A DNA stretch of 64,000 nt. Origin: Thermoproteota archaeon (GTDB lineage: Archaea; Korarchaeota; Korarchaeia; Korarchaeales; Korarchaeaceae). The translations under genes and the position numbers were made by a program. Position 1 is the stretch's first letter. Each line of letters begins with the position of its first letter. The notes below the pieces were generated by a model. The model saw only the letters and a program-made list of their open reading frames with translations, was not told the DNA's origin and ran no database searches. This document shows, in pieces, positions 29,236 through 37,844 of the stretch. The DNA is taken from the NCBI GenBank assembly GCA_026986575.1, contig JALSOH010000006.1, positions 224,001-288,000 on the forward strand. Reading direction: 5' to 3'.

Positions 29236-29469
29236 ATGATGGGTAAAGTAATCTCGGTTAGGGAGGACACTTACAGGAGGCTCAAATCTCTCAAGGAGAG
29301 ATTGAGGGCTAAAAGCCTGGGTGAGACCATAGACAGGCTTATAGACGAATATCTGAAGAGGAAGAGGGAAAGACTGAAGGATCTCGTCAGGAGCTCGAGA
29401 CTGAGTGAGGAAGAGGCCGATAAAGTTGAGGAGATCGTCAAAGAGGTCGAGGCACGTGAGTGGTGGTAA
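29236..29469 (+). CDS. VapB-family antitoxin
   Basis: KVISVREDTYRRLKSLK...SLGETIDRLI; overlaps PIN gene. Confidence 0.85.
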   Translation: MMGKVISVREDTYRRLKSLKERLRAKSLGETIDRLIDEYLKRKRERLKDLVRSSRLSEEEADKVEEIVKEVEAREWW

Positions 29470-29848
29470 CGTCGTTTTGGACACATCCTTCCTGATCGAA
29501 CTGCTGGACAGAGGCCGGGAAGAACTCGTTGATCTGATCGCCGAGTATGAAAGGATAATGATCCCTTGGGTGGTGGCCTACGAATATCTCTTCGGCCACT
29601 ATCTGGCTAGAGGACCTGATGCAGCAATGGGTAGGAAGGATCTACTTCACGAAATTGGGATGATCGTGGAACCAGACCAAGACATCCTGGTCAGGGCCTT
29701 AGAACTTGATACCAAGCTGAGGAGGAAGGGAAGACCGATACCCTTCAGCGACATCTTGGTGGCCGCCACCGCGTCCGTTTCAGGATCGGACCTAGCCACC
29801 ATGGATAGGAAGCACTTCGACGGACTCAGGATCAGGTTGATCCCCTGA
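29456..29848 (+). CDS. VapC/PIN toxin
   Basis: VVLDTSFLIE, E, FSDILVAATA, TMDRKHF; acidic residues intact; start GTG 29456. Confidence 0.9.
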   Translation: MSGGNVVLDTSFLIELLDRGREELVDLIAEYERIMIPWVVAYEYLFGHYLARGPDAAMGRKDLLHEIGMIVEPDQDILVRALELDTKLRRKGRPIPFSDILVAATASVSGSDLATMDRKHFDGLRIRLIP

Positions 29849-29888
29849 CGATCTCCTGAACTGTCTCGAGATCTACTCAAGGATTGTA

Positions 29889-30305
29889 TTAGAGGCCTAG
29901 TTCTCTGAAGGGTCTCATGCCCCATGATTCAGGAGTCACCACGTAGATGGTCAGCAGCTGCAACAGGCTAGCTATCAATATCAGCAGGAAAGCCCTGACC
30001 CAGCTTGTGTCGTACCAGTACTTAGCAACCAGCGTCCACACCAACAGAACTGAGGCTACTCCGAAGAGGGACGGTAGCGGCAGTGGACGCACCGAGACCA
30101 CTCTCACGACGGTGAGGTAGGCGAGGCCGGACAGGAAGTTGCCCGCGACTACGAGGCCCATCAGGGAGAGAAAGCCCTTCCTCTCCCCCATGACGAATAT
30201 CTGAGCAACCCAGAAGTAGAAGGCTTGGGCGGCTATGGATAGGAGAGCAGCTAGGATGAAACCCATTATCCCAAAGAAGGCTCCGCCTACGGCATGAGGA
30301 ACCAT
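29889..30305 (-). CDS. Small 4-TM membrane protein
   Basis: Four hydrophobic segments; GGTGA RBS. Confidence 0.65.
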   Translation of the reverse strand: MVPHAVGGAFFGIMGFILAALLSIAAQAFYFWVAQIFVMGERKGFLSLMGLVVAGNFLSGLAYLTVVRVVSVRPLPLPSLFGVASVLLVWTLVAKYWYDTSWVRAFLLILIASLLQLLTIYVVTPESWGMRPFRELGL

Positions 30306-30437
30306 TTCCGGTCACCATGGTAGAGTCCATACCGTCCATTTAAGGACAGAGGGCGCCCTCACGGCGCCTACCACTCACTCCGAGTGGCGAACCCTCCTGA
30401 GGAAAACTTTAGTAGTCTGACGAAAACACGAATACCT

Positions 30438-30806
30438 ATGGGACATCTGGAACAAATCGAGGAGATACTGAGGGAGGAAGGGATCAACTACAGAAGGGTA
30501 GAGCAGGCCATCATTGCATCTTTCCGGGAGGGCGAGATCTCCTACAACGTCATCGTTCTGGCTGATGAGGACATGACCGTGATCGTGGGGAGGACCGATC
30601 CACCCCTCATCCCCACTGCCGAGATGGCCAAACTGCTGCTGGAGGAGAATTTCAAGATGAACTTCGCTTCCTACCAGCTGAGCGAAGATAATGAGGTCAT
30701 AGTGACATCCTTCCTAAGGAGCGAATGCATAGGGGAGTCCTTTAAGAGGAACTTCTACATAACGCTCACGTTCTTACGAAAATTGGGTGAGAACCTTGCT
30801 TCTTGA
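30438..30806 (+). CDS. YbjN / type III chaperone-fold protein
   Basis: IEEILREEGINY...LLEENFKMNFASYQL.EDNEV pattern. Confidence 0.55.
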   Translation: MGHLEQIEEILREEGINYRRVEQAIIASFREGEISYNVIVLADEDMTVIVGRTDPPLIPTAEMAKLLLEENFKMNFASYQLSEDNEVIVTSFLRSECIGESFKRNFYITLTFLRKLGENLAS

Positions 30807-31206
30807 TGAGATAGAGTCCATGCTCAGGAGCGCCGGGCTGACCCCCCTCAGGGAGGAGGGCATGCTCGTGCTCATGATAGGGGAGGAAGGGAGGGATGTG
30901 GTCATCTACATAGTTGCCGAGGAGGAGAGGGGTGTCGCTTACGTTCTGGCCACTGCCTACCCACCCCTTAAGGCGGAGGGAAGGGAACTGGATCTCATGA
31001 GAGCCTCTTGGGACCTCGTGGACAAGGGAATACCGTGCAAGGTCGCTGTGGACAGGGGCTCCGCAGTAGTGGAGATGGACTTGGACAGGTGCCACCTGAA
31101 GAAGGACTACCTCCTCGAGAGCATATACTACGTGGCGGAGAGCATGCTGACCCTCTTGGAAAGGATGACCCATGTTGGTGAAGGTTCGAGTGATACCGAG
31201 GGCTAA
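30787..31206 (+). CDS. Second YbjN-like protein
   Basis: Similar size and pattern (IESMLRSAGL...LMRASWDL...CKVAVD). Confidence 0.45.
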   Translation: MRTLLLDEIESMLRSAGLTPLREEGMLVLMIGEEGRDVVIYIVAEEERGVAYVLATAYPPLKAEGRELDLMRASWDLVDKGIPCKVAVDRGSAVVEMDLDRCHLKKDYLLESIYYVAESMLTLLERMTHVGEGSSDTEG

Positions 31207-31390
31207 GAGGGAGGAAGTCATCCCCGAGGGCGACTCCCTCGTGGTCAAGGTCAGGGAGCCTCCCGAAGGGGGAAGGGCCAACGGGAGAGTAATAGAACTT
31301 CTGGCCAAGCATTTCGGCGTGCCCAAGTCCCATGTGGAGATTGTGAGGGGTCACAGGTCTAGGGAGAAGCTGGTGAAGGTGGGCGAGTGA
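31172..31390 (+). CDS. DUF167/YggU family protein
   Basis: VKVRVIPRAK, PPEGGRAN, IVRGHRSREK. Confidence 0.9.
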   Translation: MLVKVRVIPRAKREEVIPEGDSLVVKVREPPEGGRANGRVIELLAKHFGVPKSHVEIVRGHRSREKLVKVGE

Positions 31391-32167
31391 ATGAATGCCC
31401 TCGTGGAAGCAGCCTTGGCGGGTTTAGCGCCCTCGAGTAAGAGGAAGTACAGGCCAGTTTTCACCTCCTTCTTAGAGATGGTGCCATTAGAGGAAGCTAA
31501 ACCTATTCATGTGAGGATATGGGCCTCTAAGAGAGAAGAAAAGGTGAGCAGGCGTACCTTGAAGCAGCAGCTCTATATGCTCTCGAGACTCTTCAATGTG
31601 GCAGGGAGAAAGGACTTGAGCGAGGAGGCTAGGGCCCTCGCGAAGGAGATAAGGGTTCCTCCTCCTCTTCCGAAGGTTAACGAGGATCTTCTGAAGACTT
31701 ATGAGGAGATAGATGAAATACTTTTGACGGCTAAACCCCTCCAGAGGGCGGCAATAATGATGCTAGCAGAGACTGGCATGAGGGTGGGCGAACTGGTCTC
31801 GTTAAGATGGGAGGATGTGGACCTAAACGGGAAGAGGGCTAGGGTGAGGGGTAAGGGAGGAAAGTTCAGGTACGTTTACTTCACCGAGCGCACCGCCGAA
31901 CTGTTGAGGGAGCTACCTAGGAATGGGAACGAGAGGATCTTCCCGGTGACGGATCGCACCATAAGGAGGTGGGTCTCCGAGCTGCTGAAGACCCATCCCC
32001 ATGCTGTGAGGCACGCCTTCGCCGTTTGGTTCCTCTCCAAGGGCGGCAATCCACGAGTATTACAGCGCATCTTGGGACACAGCAGCCTTCGAACCACCGA
32101 GATATACTTGGATCTAGCCCAGAGTCTTGTGGAGAGGGAGTACAGGAAGGTGGCTGGGAGGGGATGA
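31391..32167 (+). CDS. xerA: XerA-like tyrosine recombinase
   Basis: ETGMRVGE, GKGGK, HAVRH, LGHSS..TTEIY: complete R-K-H-R-H-Y set; no mobile-element context. Confidence 0.8.
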   Translation: MNALVEAALAGLAPSSKRKYRPVFTSFLEMVPLEEAKPIHVRIWASKREEKVSRRTLKQQLYMLSRLFNVAGRKDLSEEARALAKEIRVPPPLPKVNEDLLKTYEEIDEILLTAKPLQRAAIMMLAETGMRVGELVSLRWEDVDLNGKRARVRGKGGKFRYVYFTERTAELLRELPRNGNERIFPVTDRTIRRWVSELLKTHPHAVRHAFAVWFLSKGGNPRVLQRILGHSSLRTTEIYLDLAQSLVEREYRKVAGRG

Positions 32168-32195
32168 GGATTCCCACGGTTTTTAAGGTCTACTC

Positions 32196-34529
32196 TTGAA
32201 ATGGCATATGAGTAAATCCCCTATACTCGCGCTGGTTCTCGCGCTAGCTCTCCTATTACCAGTTCTACCGATTCACGCTCATCCTGTGGGCAGGTACCGA
32301 TACTACGTGGATGTGAGCGAGCTAGGAAACTACGAGCTAGCCGTGGACACAGTGAATCACGGTTTCCCATCCAACGAGACCCTGAACCCCCTCTCCGTCG
32401 AGGTGTTCTCTCCGGATGGATCTCCCCTACCCGTATCGGCGTCCTTCGAGAGGGAGACCGTGATCGAGTGGGAGCTCGAGCACAAGAATGCCGCCTCCTT
32501 CGTCGTGAACGATGAACTGTGCTTCTTCGCCACGGGGCCCGATCCTTACATCAAGGTCATGGTTGACAGGTCAGCCCTGGACGATGCGATAGGGTTCACC
32601 TTCTCGGCTAAGGGCAGGTTCAGAGCAGCGTTGAGGGACGCCTCCCTCATGAGGGTCATCTCCGAGGCTGAGGTATCCTCAGATGGCTACACCGATGTAT
32701 TCTTGGGATATTCCCGCTCCTCCTTGGAGAGAGACAGGCCCTACGCCTTCTTCATACTGCCCGGTCCTGAGTTAGCTTGCATATCAGATCTCAAGCTGGT
32801 ATCAGGGAACCTCCTGATCAGGTGGAGAGCTGACTCTCCCGGAGAGTACGTGGTCACCTTGGATGCGACCCCCTCCAATTCCGAGAGGATCGAGATAACC
32901 TCCGCGAAGAGGGTAGAGCCCACAAGGGTGGAAGCATTCGTAGTAGTGCCGTCCTTCCCGAGTAACTTGAGCGGAGTGGTCGATCTCTCAGTGGAGGTGT
33001 CGGGCAACCTCTCACCCGTTACCAAGGTACAGGCTAGGCTCGACTACGAGGGGCAGTATAACTGGACCGACGATAAGGGCGTGCTGATAGAGTTCGAGCC
33101 ATCAGGCGGCTCATGGAGGGCCAAATGGGACACCTTAACCACTTGGGACGGGAGACACGTGATGGTGATAAGGGCCTATGACTCCAACGGCGGGTATGCG
33201 GAGTTCAGGAAGTTCATCTGGGTCGAGAACGTCAGGAACGGGACCAAACTCTTCCCAAACAAGGATGCATTCTCATTCATCGTTCTGGGGGATAACAGAC
33301 CGTCAGGAGGTGCGAAACAGCCGGAGGTTTACAAGCAACTTCTAGAATACATTATCAGGGAGAATGCGGATTTCTACGCCAACGTGGGCGATATAGTCTA
33401 CAGCGGAGAGCTCAGGGAGTATGAGGACTTTGTGAGGGTCACCAGCGCTATAAGGATACCCCTCTTCATAGCCGAGGGCAACCACGAGAACCAGATTGGG
33501 AGGACCGCCCAGAGGAACTTCATGTCCTTTTTCGGCAAGCTCTTCTATTCCTTCGATTACGGGAACTCCCACTTCATCTTCCTGAACGCCAATGTGCCTG
33601 GCTTCAGGTACTCGATGAGCGATGAGCAAATAGAGTGGTTCGCGAAGGACTTGGATGCCACGGAGGCGGAGCACATCTTCGTCTTCATACACCAACCCAT
33701 CTACCCGTACGCCCACGGGATCGAGGACAAGTCGGCTCTCGAGAGGCTCAGAGCAGTGGTGAAACTCTACAAAGACAAGATAGATGCTATATTCCAGGGC
33801 CACGAGCACATGTACTACAGCGGTGAGAACGAGAGCATCAGGACCTTCATCTTGGGAGGTGGGGGCGCCGAGCTGGACAACCAGTATCCCAAGAAATACC
33901 TCTTCTTCCACTACATGGTGGTGAGGGTGAACGGAGGCGATGTGAGCTACCAACTGGTCAAGCCTCCTGTGCTGGAGGTCAACGATCTACCCGATGTGGT
34001 AGATACGCCCTCGCTCGAGGTGAGGGGTAGGGCCCAGCCCTTCGCCTTGGTAAAGGTTAATGGCCAGGAGGTCAGGCCATCGAACACTGGGACCTTCTCT
34101 TCAACAATAACCCTTACTCCGGGGGAGAACGATGTCATAGTGGAGGCCCTGTACAACAGCACGAGGTTGGAGAGGAGATTCAAGGTGACCTATCTCCCTC
34201 ACGCCCAGATCCTACTTCCGGATGAACTGGAGGGGAACACTGAGGCATCGATAGGGGTGACATGCCGTGGAGGGCCTGCTACCGGCCTTTTAGTCCTCAA
34301 CGGGACTGCTTATGAACTTGAGAACGGCGAGACTAGACTGAAGATTCCTGACATCGGTGAAGAGACTCAGGTCAAGATAGCCGCCTACGCCGAGGGCTGC
34401 TTCCCGTCAGAGATGTACACCTCCGTTAGACCGAAGCCTCCGTTCATATCAATCGGTGGCGTGGTGGCACTAGCGATTCTGATCGTGGCGATCCTCCTAT
34501 ACAGGAGAAGGCTTTCAGTGCGACGATGA
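32196..34529 (+). CDS. Secreted, C-terminally anchored metallophosphoesterase with Ig-like domains
   Basis: Signal peptide; GDNR, GDIV, GNHE, H.P, GHEH motifs; C-terminal TM plus RRR. Confidence 0.88.
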   Translation: MKWHMSKSPILALVLALALLLPVLPIHAHPVGRYRYYVDVSELGNYELAVDTVNHGFPSNETLNPLSVEVFSPDGSPLPVSASFERETVIEWELEHKNAASFVVNDELCFFATGPDPYIKVMVDRSALDDAIGFTFSAKGRFRAALRDASLMRVISEAEVSSDGYTDVFLGYSRSSLERDRPYAFFILPGPELACISDLKLVSGNLLIRWRADSPGEYVVTLDATPSNSERIEITSAKRVEPTRVEAFVVVPSFPSNLSGVVDLSVEVSGNLSPVTKVQARLDYEGQYNWTDDKGVLIEFEPSGGSWRAKWDTLTTWDGRHVMVIRAYDSNGGYAEFRKFIWVENVRNGTKLFPNKDAFSFIVLGDNRPSGGAKQPEVYKQLLEYIIRENADFYANVGDIVYSGELREYEDFVRVTSAIRIPLFIAEGNHENQIGRTAQRNFMSFFGKLFYSFDYGNSHFIFLNANVPGFRYSMSDEQIEWFAKDLDATEAEHIFVFIHQPIYPYAHGIEDKSALERLRAVVKLYKDKIDAIFQGHEHMYYSGENESIRTFILGGGGAELDNQYPKKYLFFHYMVVRVNGGDVSYQLVKPPVLEVNDLPDVVDTPSLEVRGRAQPFALVKVNGQEVRPSNTGTFSSTITLTPGENDVIVEALYNSTRLERRFKVTYLPHAQILLPDELEGNTEASIGVTCRGGPATGLLVLNGTAYELENGETRLKIPDIGEETQVKIAAYAEGCFPSEMYTSVRPKPPFISIGGVVALAILIVAILLYRRRLSVRR

Positions 34530-34659
34530 ACTTGGATGTCAGTCACCCTCACTTTTTGTACCTTCTAGATACCATCCCATAAGCACAATTAGCTATGGTT
34601 ATCCAGAAGGTCTTTGGCGTATAACGACGAGCTATTATAAATGGAACCCTGAAAGGAGG

Positions 34660-35880
34660 TTGATGATGAATAGAGCGATCATACTACTTCTGCTGTCGAT
34701 GCTTTGTCTGCCCATCTTACCTACCTCCGCTTCCGGTTTCGAGGCCCCAATCTATGGAGGAGGAACCTTCAAGCTCTCTGATTACAGGGGAAAGGTCGTT
34801 GTTCTCATATTCAGTCAGCCCACCTGCTCCCACTGCAAGAAGTTCATACCCCTGCTGGCCGATGCTTGGAGGACTGACCCTGAACTCTCCAGTGGTCGTT
34901 ACATCGTAGCAGTCGCCATGTATTCACCCTCGAATCCCCAAGCTATTCTGCCAGCCTTTAGGAGCTATAATCCTCCGTCCAGCTGGATCCTCCTGACAGT
35001 CTCGTGGTCCCATCTCCTCCACTTCGGTGTCAAGTACACAGCCACGGTGGTGATAATAGACCCATCTGGCAACCTATTCGCCAAGATAGAACCTGAAGAC
35101 GTCCCTTACATTCCCGATATGGTATCAGTCACCGTTGAGAAAGTCAAGGAGGCCTATCACCGGCCGGTAGATCTGGAGGTAGACATCCCCAGTAGGGTGC
35201 AAGTGGGGGAGCCCTTAGTAGTTAGCGGAACCGCCACTGGCGTGAACAGCGTTAGGATAGTCTTGGTTTCCCCCGATGGAGTCAAGGGGGAATACTCAGC
35301 CATGGTCTCCTCAGGACACTTCCAGATATCCCTCACCCTTTCGGAGCCCGGGGAGTGGATCGTGAGGGTGATCGCTGGCTCCACCGTCGAGGAGCGCAGG
35401 GTCAGAGCCGAGATTCCATCTGAAGTACATTTCAGGGTCCTTTACGGAGAGCATGATCGTGAAGCGGCCTCGATCCTAGGTCTGGAGGCGATTAGATCCG
35501 GAGATGAACTACCAGACGGCGACCTCATAATACTTGGCGGCCCCAAGGCCAATGAGCTGGCGGCTCGACTCAACGAGGAGCTAGGGATAGTGGTGAACAT
35601 CAACGGCTCGAGAGGGATCATCAAGGTGGGAGGCCGTGTGTGGAGATTCCAAGTGGAGTACGGTCGCTCGGACTACGCCCTGATCGCATCCCTTGAGAGG
35701 GACGGGAGGAGGATAGTGCTGGGAGAGGGCCTCACTAGGTTCGGCACCCGGGCAGCGGCGATCAAGATAGCAGATGGAGGGATCGATGGAATCACTATAA
35801 TCAGGTGGATGGACGATAACGGGAACGGGGAGGTGGACCCGGAGGAGGTCGAGGTCATCTTCAGAGGATCATGGCCTTGA
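34660..35880 (+). CDS. Secreted TlpA/thioredoxin-fold protein fused to S-layer-like domain
   Basis: LSDYRGKVVVL..CSHC; LIILGGPKAN...GLTRFGTRAA. Confidence 0.75.
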   Translation: MMMNRAIILLLLSMLCLPILPTSASGFEAPIYGGGTFKLSDYRGKVVVLIFSQPTCSHCKKFIPLLADAWRTDPELSSGRYIVAVAMYSPSNPQAILPAFRSYNPPSSWILLTVSWSHLLHFGVKYTATVVIIDPSGNLFAKIEPEDVPYIPDMVSVTVEKVKEAYHRPVDLEVDIPSRVQVGEPLVVSGTATGVNSVRIVLVSPDGVKGEYSAMVSSGHFQISLTLSEPGEWIVRVIAGSTVEERRVRAEIPSEVHFRVLYGEHDREAASILGLEAIRSGDELPDGDLIILGGPKANELAARLNEELGIVVNINGSRGIIKVGGRVWRFQVEYGRSDYALIASLERDGRRIVLGEGLTRFGTRAAAIKIADGGIDGITIIRWMDDNGNGEVDPEEVEVIFRGSWP

Positions 35881-36453
35881 CACGTATCTATTACCCTTCA
35901 AGTAGAATCTAAGGGGTAGGTCCGCATGCCTGCCGGCGTAATCCACCCCCACTCTCTTCGAGGCTACTATCTTCCGCTCGTCCACTCGCCCGTACTCCTC
36001 GAAATAGAGAGGCCCGTCCTCGACGCTCAGGCCGTTCATGTCTAGGGTGATGCCCAGTGCCTTGGTGAGCTTCCCAGGGCCGGAACACAGATTCCTCATA
36101 TCCTCAGTCCCCCTGTTCATCTTCATGAGATCCACGCCTTCCACGGGTTCCAGCGCCCTTATGAGGACGGCTGTGGGTTCGTTGGGTGGCGCGGTCGTCA
36201 CATTCAACATTGCGTATCCGTGGACTGGGTAGATGTAGAATAGGCCACATCCTTCGTAGAGAGGCCACATCCTTGGCGTCCTCTTCCCACCGAAACCGTG
36301 GGAGGCCCTGTCGTTCCTCCCCAGATAGGCTTCGGTCTCCACCACCACTCCTGATATCCTGTTCCCCCCGAACTCCCTGACTAGGAGCTTCCCAAGGAGA
36401 TCCCTAGCCACTACCACTGGATCCCTGCAGAAGAAATCTCTGCTCAGCCTCAT
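35869..36453 (-). CDS. mpg: DNA-3-methyladenine glycosylase (AAG/Mpg family)
   Basis: ARDLLGK, VETEAYLG..DRASH, AVLIRALEP, GPGKLTKALGI. Confidence 0.95.
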   Translation of the reverse strand: MRLSRDFFCRDPVVVARDLLGKLLVREFGGNRISGVVVETEAYLGRNDRASHGFGGKRTPRMWPLYEGCGLFYIYPVHGYAMLNVTTAPPNEPTAVLIRALEPVEGVDLMKMNRGTEDMRNLCSGPGKLTKALGITLDMNGLSVEDGPLYFEEYGRVDERKIVASKRVGVDYAGRHADLPLRFYLKGNRYVSRP

Positions 36454-36455
36454 TA

Positions 36456-37508
36456 TCAGCCCCTAGTGACGAGGTAGCTGAGGTTGAGCGTATAAGTGAG
36501 CACCATATCCCCTATTGTCGGCAGGGATATGTTGGGCCTGTAGACCTTCACGGTCTTTCCCCTGTACCTGTCACTCCCTACGGTAATGAGGAAGCGCTCT
36601 ATCATCCTGGGAAGGACATCCCTCCAAAGGTAGGCCTTATCGATCCCTAGGACATGGGAGATCTCGCTCAATGAAAGGCCTTCCTTGGATTCCCTCTGGG
36701 ACAAGGACCTGACTAGCTTTCTTCTATCGAAGGTCTCCGACCTCAGTCCCAGCAGTTCTGAGAGAAGCGAGACAACCTTCCTCTCATCTAAACCGTACAG
36801 CCTGTCTATGGCCTCCTTGGCGGTGAGAGCGTTCAGGACCTTTATCTCCACCGGAGACAGCTGATCCACGTAGAAGAGATCTCTCTTACTCAGGGGCGGG
36901 GCCACGCCTATCACTGCTAAGGCTTTAAGTGCCCTGATCATCTCCGGCAGGTGATCAAGCTGACTCAGAAAGTGGAGGGCCTTCACGAAGGACCTGTACC
37001 TCTTCTCCAGCTCCAATCCCTCTGAGATCGCTGAGAAGGCTGCAGCCAGCTCTATGCCTGAAATCGCTGGATCAGACCACACACACGGGTTTAGGTAGAA
37101 GATCCCCGTCACTATAAGGTTCTCTCTCAGGCACATTAAGGGATCCCTATAGAGGTAAAGGGCGAGAGCCGCGAGCTCCGAAGCCAACAGCAGCATCTCC
37201 CTGTCCCCTTCCAATCTCACCTTGACCGATCTGCCTAGAGTCCTCACAATAACTTCTTCCCCTCCTAGGAACTTTAGACTAACTACCCAGTCTTCAACAG
37301 GCTCTGACCGTAGGGTAACACCCAGACCGAAGCTGAACTCGGCCTTCTGATCTTGATTGGTAATTAGGATGTTCCACTCCTCACCCAACCTCTCTACCAA
37401 GATTGAGGAGAGTGGCTCTAAAGGCTCAGCTCCATCTTTGATGAATTCTTTTACTATTGTAGCTGTGATGTAAATTGTATTGTCGGCTTTTCCCCCTTTG
37501 TACTCTAT
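36456..37508 (-). CDS. Hypothetical protein with C-terminal winged helix
   Basis: GLSLSEISHVLGIDKAYLWRDVLPRMIERFLI...VKVYR; frame open from ATA 37508 (track start TTG 37400). Confidence 0.65.
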   Translation of the reverse strand: MEYKGGKADNTIYITATIVKEFIKDGAEPLEPLSSILVERLGEEWNILITNQDQKAEFSFGLGVTLRSEPVEDWVVSLKFLGGEEVIVRTLGRSVKVRLEGDREMLLLASELAALALYLYRDPLMCLRENLIVTGIFYLNPCVWSDPAISGIELAAAFSAISEGLELEKRYRSFVKALHFLSQLDHLPEMIRALKALAVIGVAPPLSKRDLFYVDQLSPVEIKVLNALTAKEAIDRLYGLDERKVVSLLSELLGLRSETFDRRKLVRSLSQRESKEGLSLSEISHVLGIDKAYLWRDVLPRMIERFLITVGSDRYRGKTVKVYRPNISLPTIGDMVLTYTLNLSYLVTRG

Positions 37509-37580
37509 GGATCATCCCTTGGAGGAACTGAGCCTTCCCCCATTAAATGTTGTGTTCAGACATTTTTTCAATAAATACTG

Positions 37581-37613
37581 AAAGAGGAGAAAACCGATAG
37601 ATAAGAAAATAAG
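37581..37613 (-). terminator. Oligo-T terminator candidate after the peptide ORF
   Basis: Minus strand CTTATTTTCTTATCTATCGGTTTTCTCCTCTTT follows the stop. Confidence 0.45.
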
Positions 37614-37624
37614 TGATGGAGAAC

Positions 37625-37675
37625 TCACTTTACAGGGGGAGCGGGCGGGTGAATTGGCCCGATCATCATATCCAT
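37625..37675 (-). CDS. Small Pro-rich peptide MDMMIGPIHPPAPPVK
   Basis: Tandem GGAGG-AA-GGAGG RBS (37690-37679); three in-frame ATGs; GC-rich patch in an AT-rich spacer; T-rich tract downstream. Confidence 0.6.
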   Translation of the reverse strand: MDMMIGPIHPPAPPVK

Positions 37676-37703
37676 CAACCTCCTTCCTCCTTTACTACTT
37701 ACG

Positions 37704-37844
37704 TAGACCAAACCTATATGGTCTATACTTGCTCATTTTATTTAGTAGACCGACAAGAGCGTGTATTGCTGGTGTAATAAGTAACATTACAACCGATCTC
37801 ATGTGAAGAAAAACTTTATTAGCCCTAACGACACTAATTAGTGT
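37704..37844. promoter_or_regulatory. Cluster of operator-like inverted repeats
   Basis: TAGACCA-N8-TGGTCTA (37704-25), extra GTAGACC (37745-51), TGTAAT-N7-ATTACA (37773-91), perfect ACACTAATTAGTGT (37831-44). Confidence 0.55.

Noticed and set aside
31391-32167. Integrase marking a provirus or island
   Set aside because: No tRNA or att repeat, no viral or plasmid genes, host-like composition.
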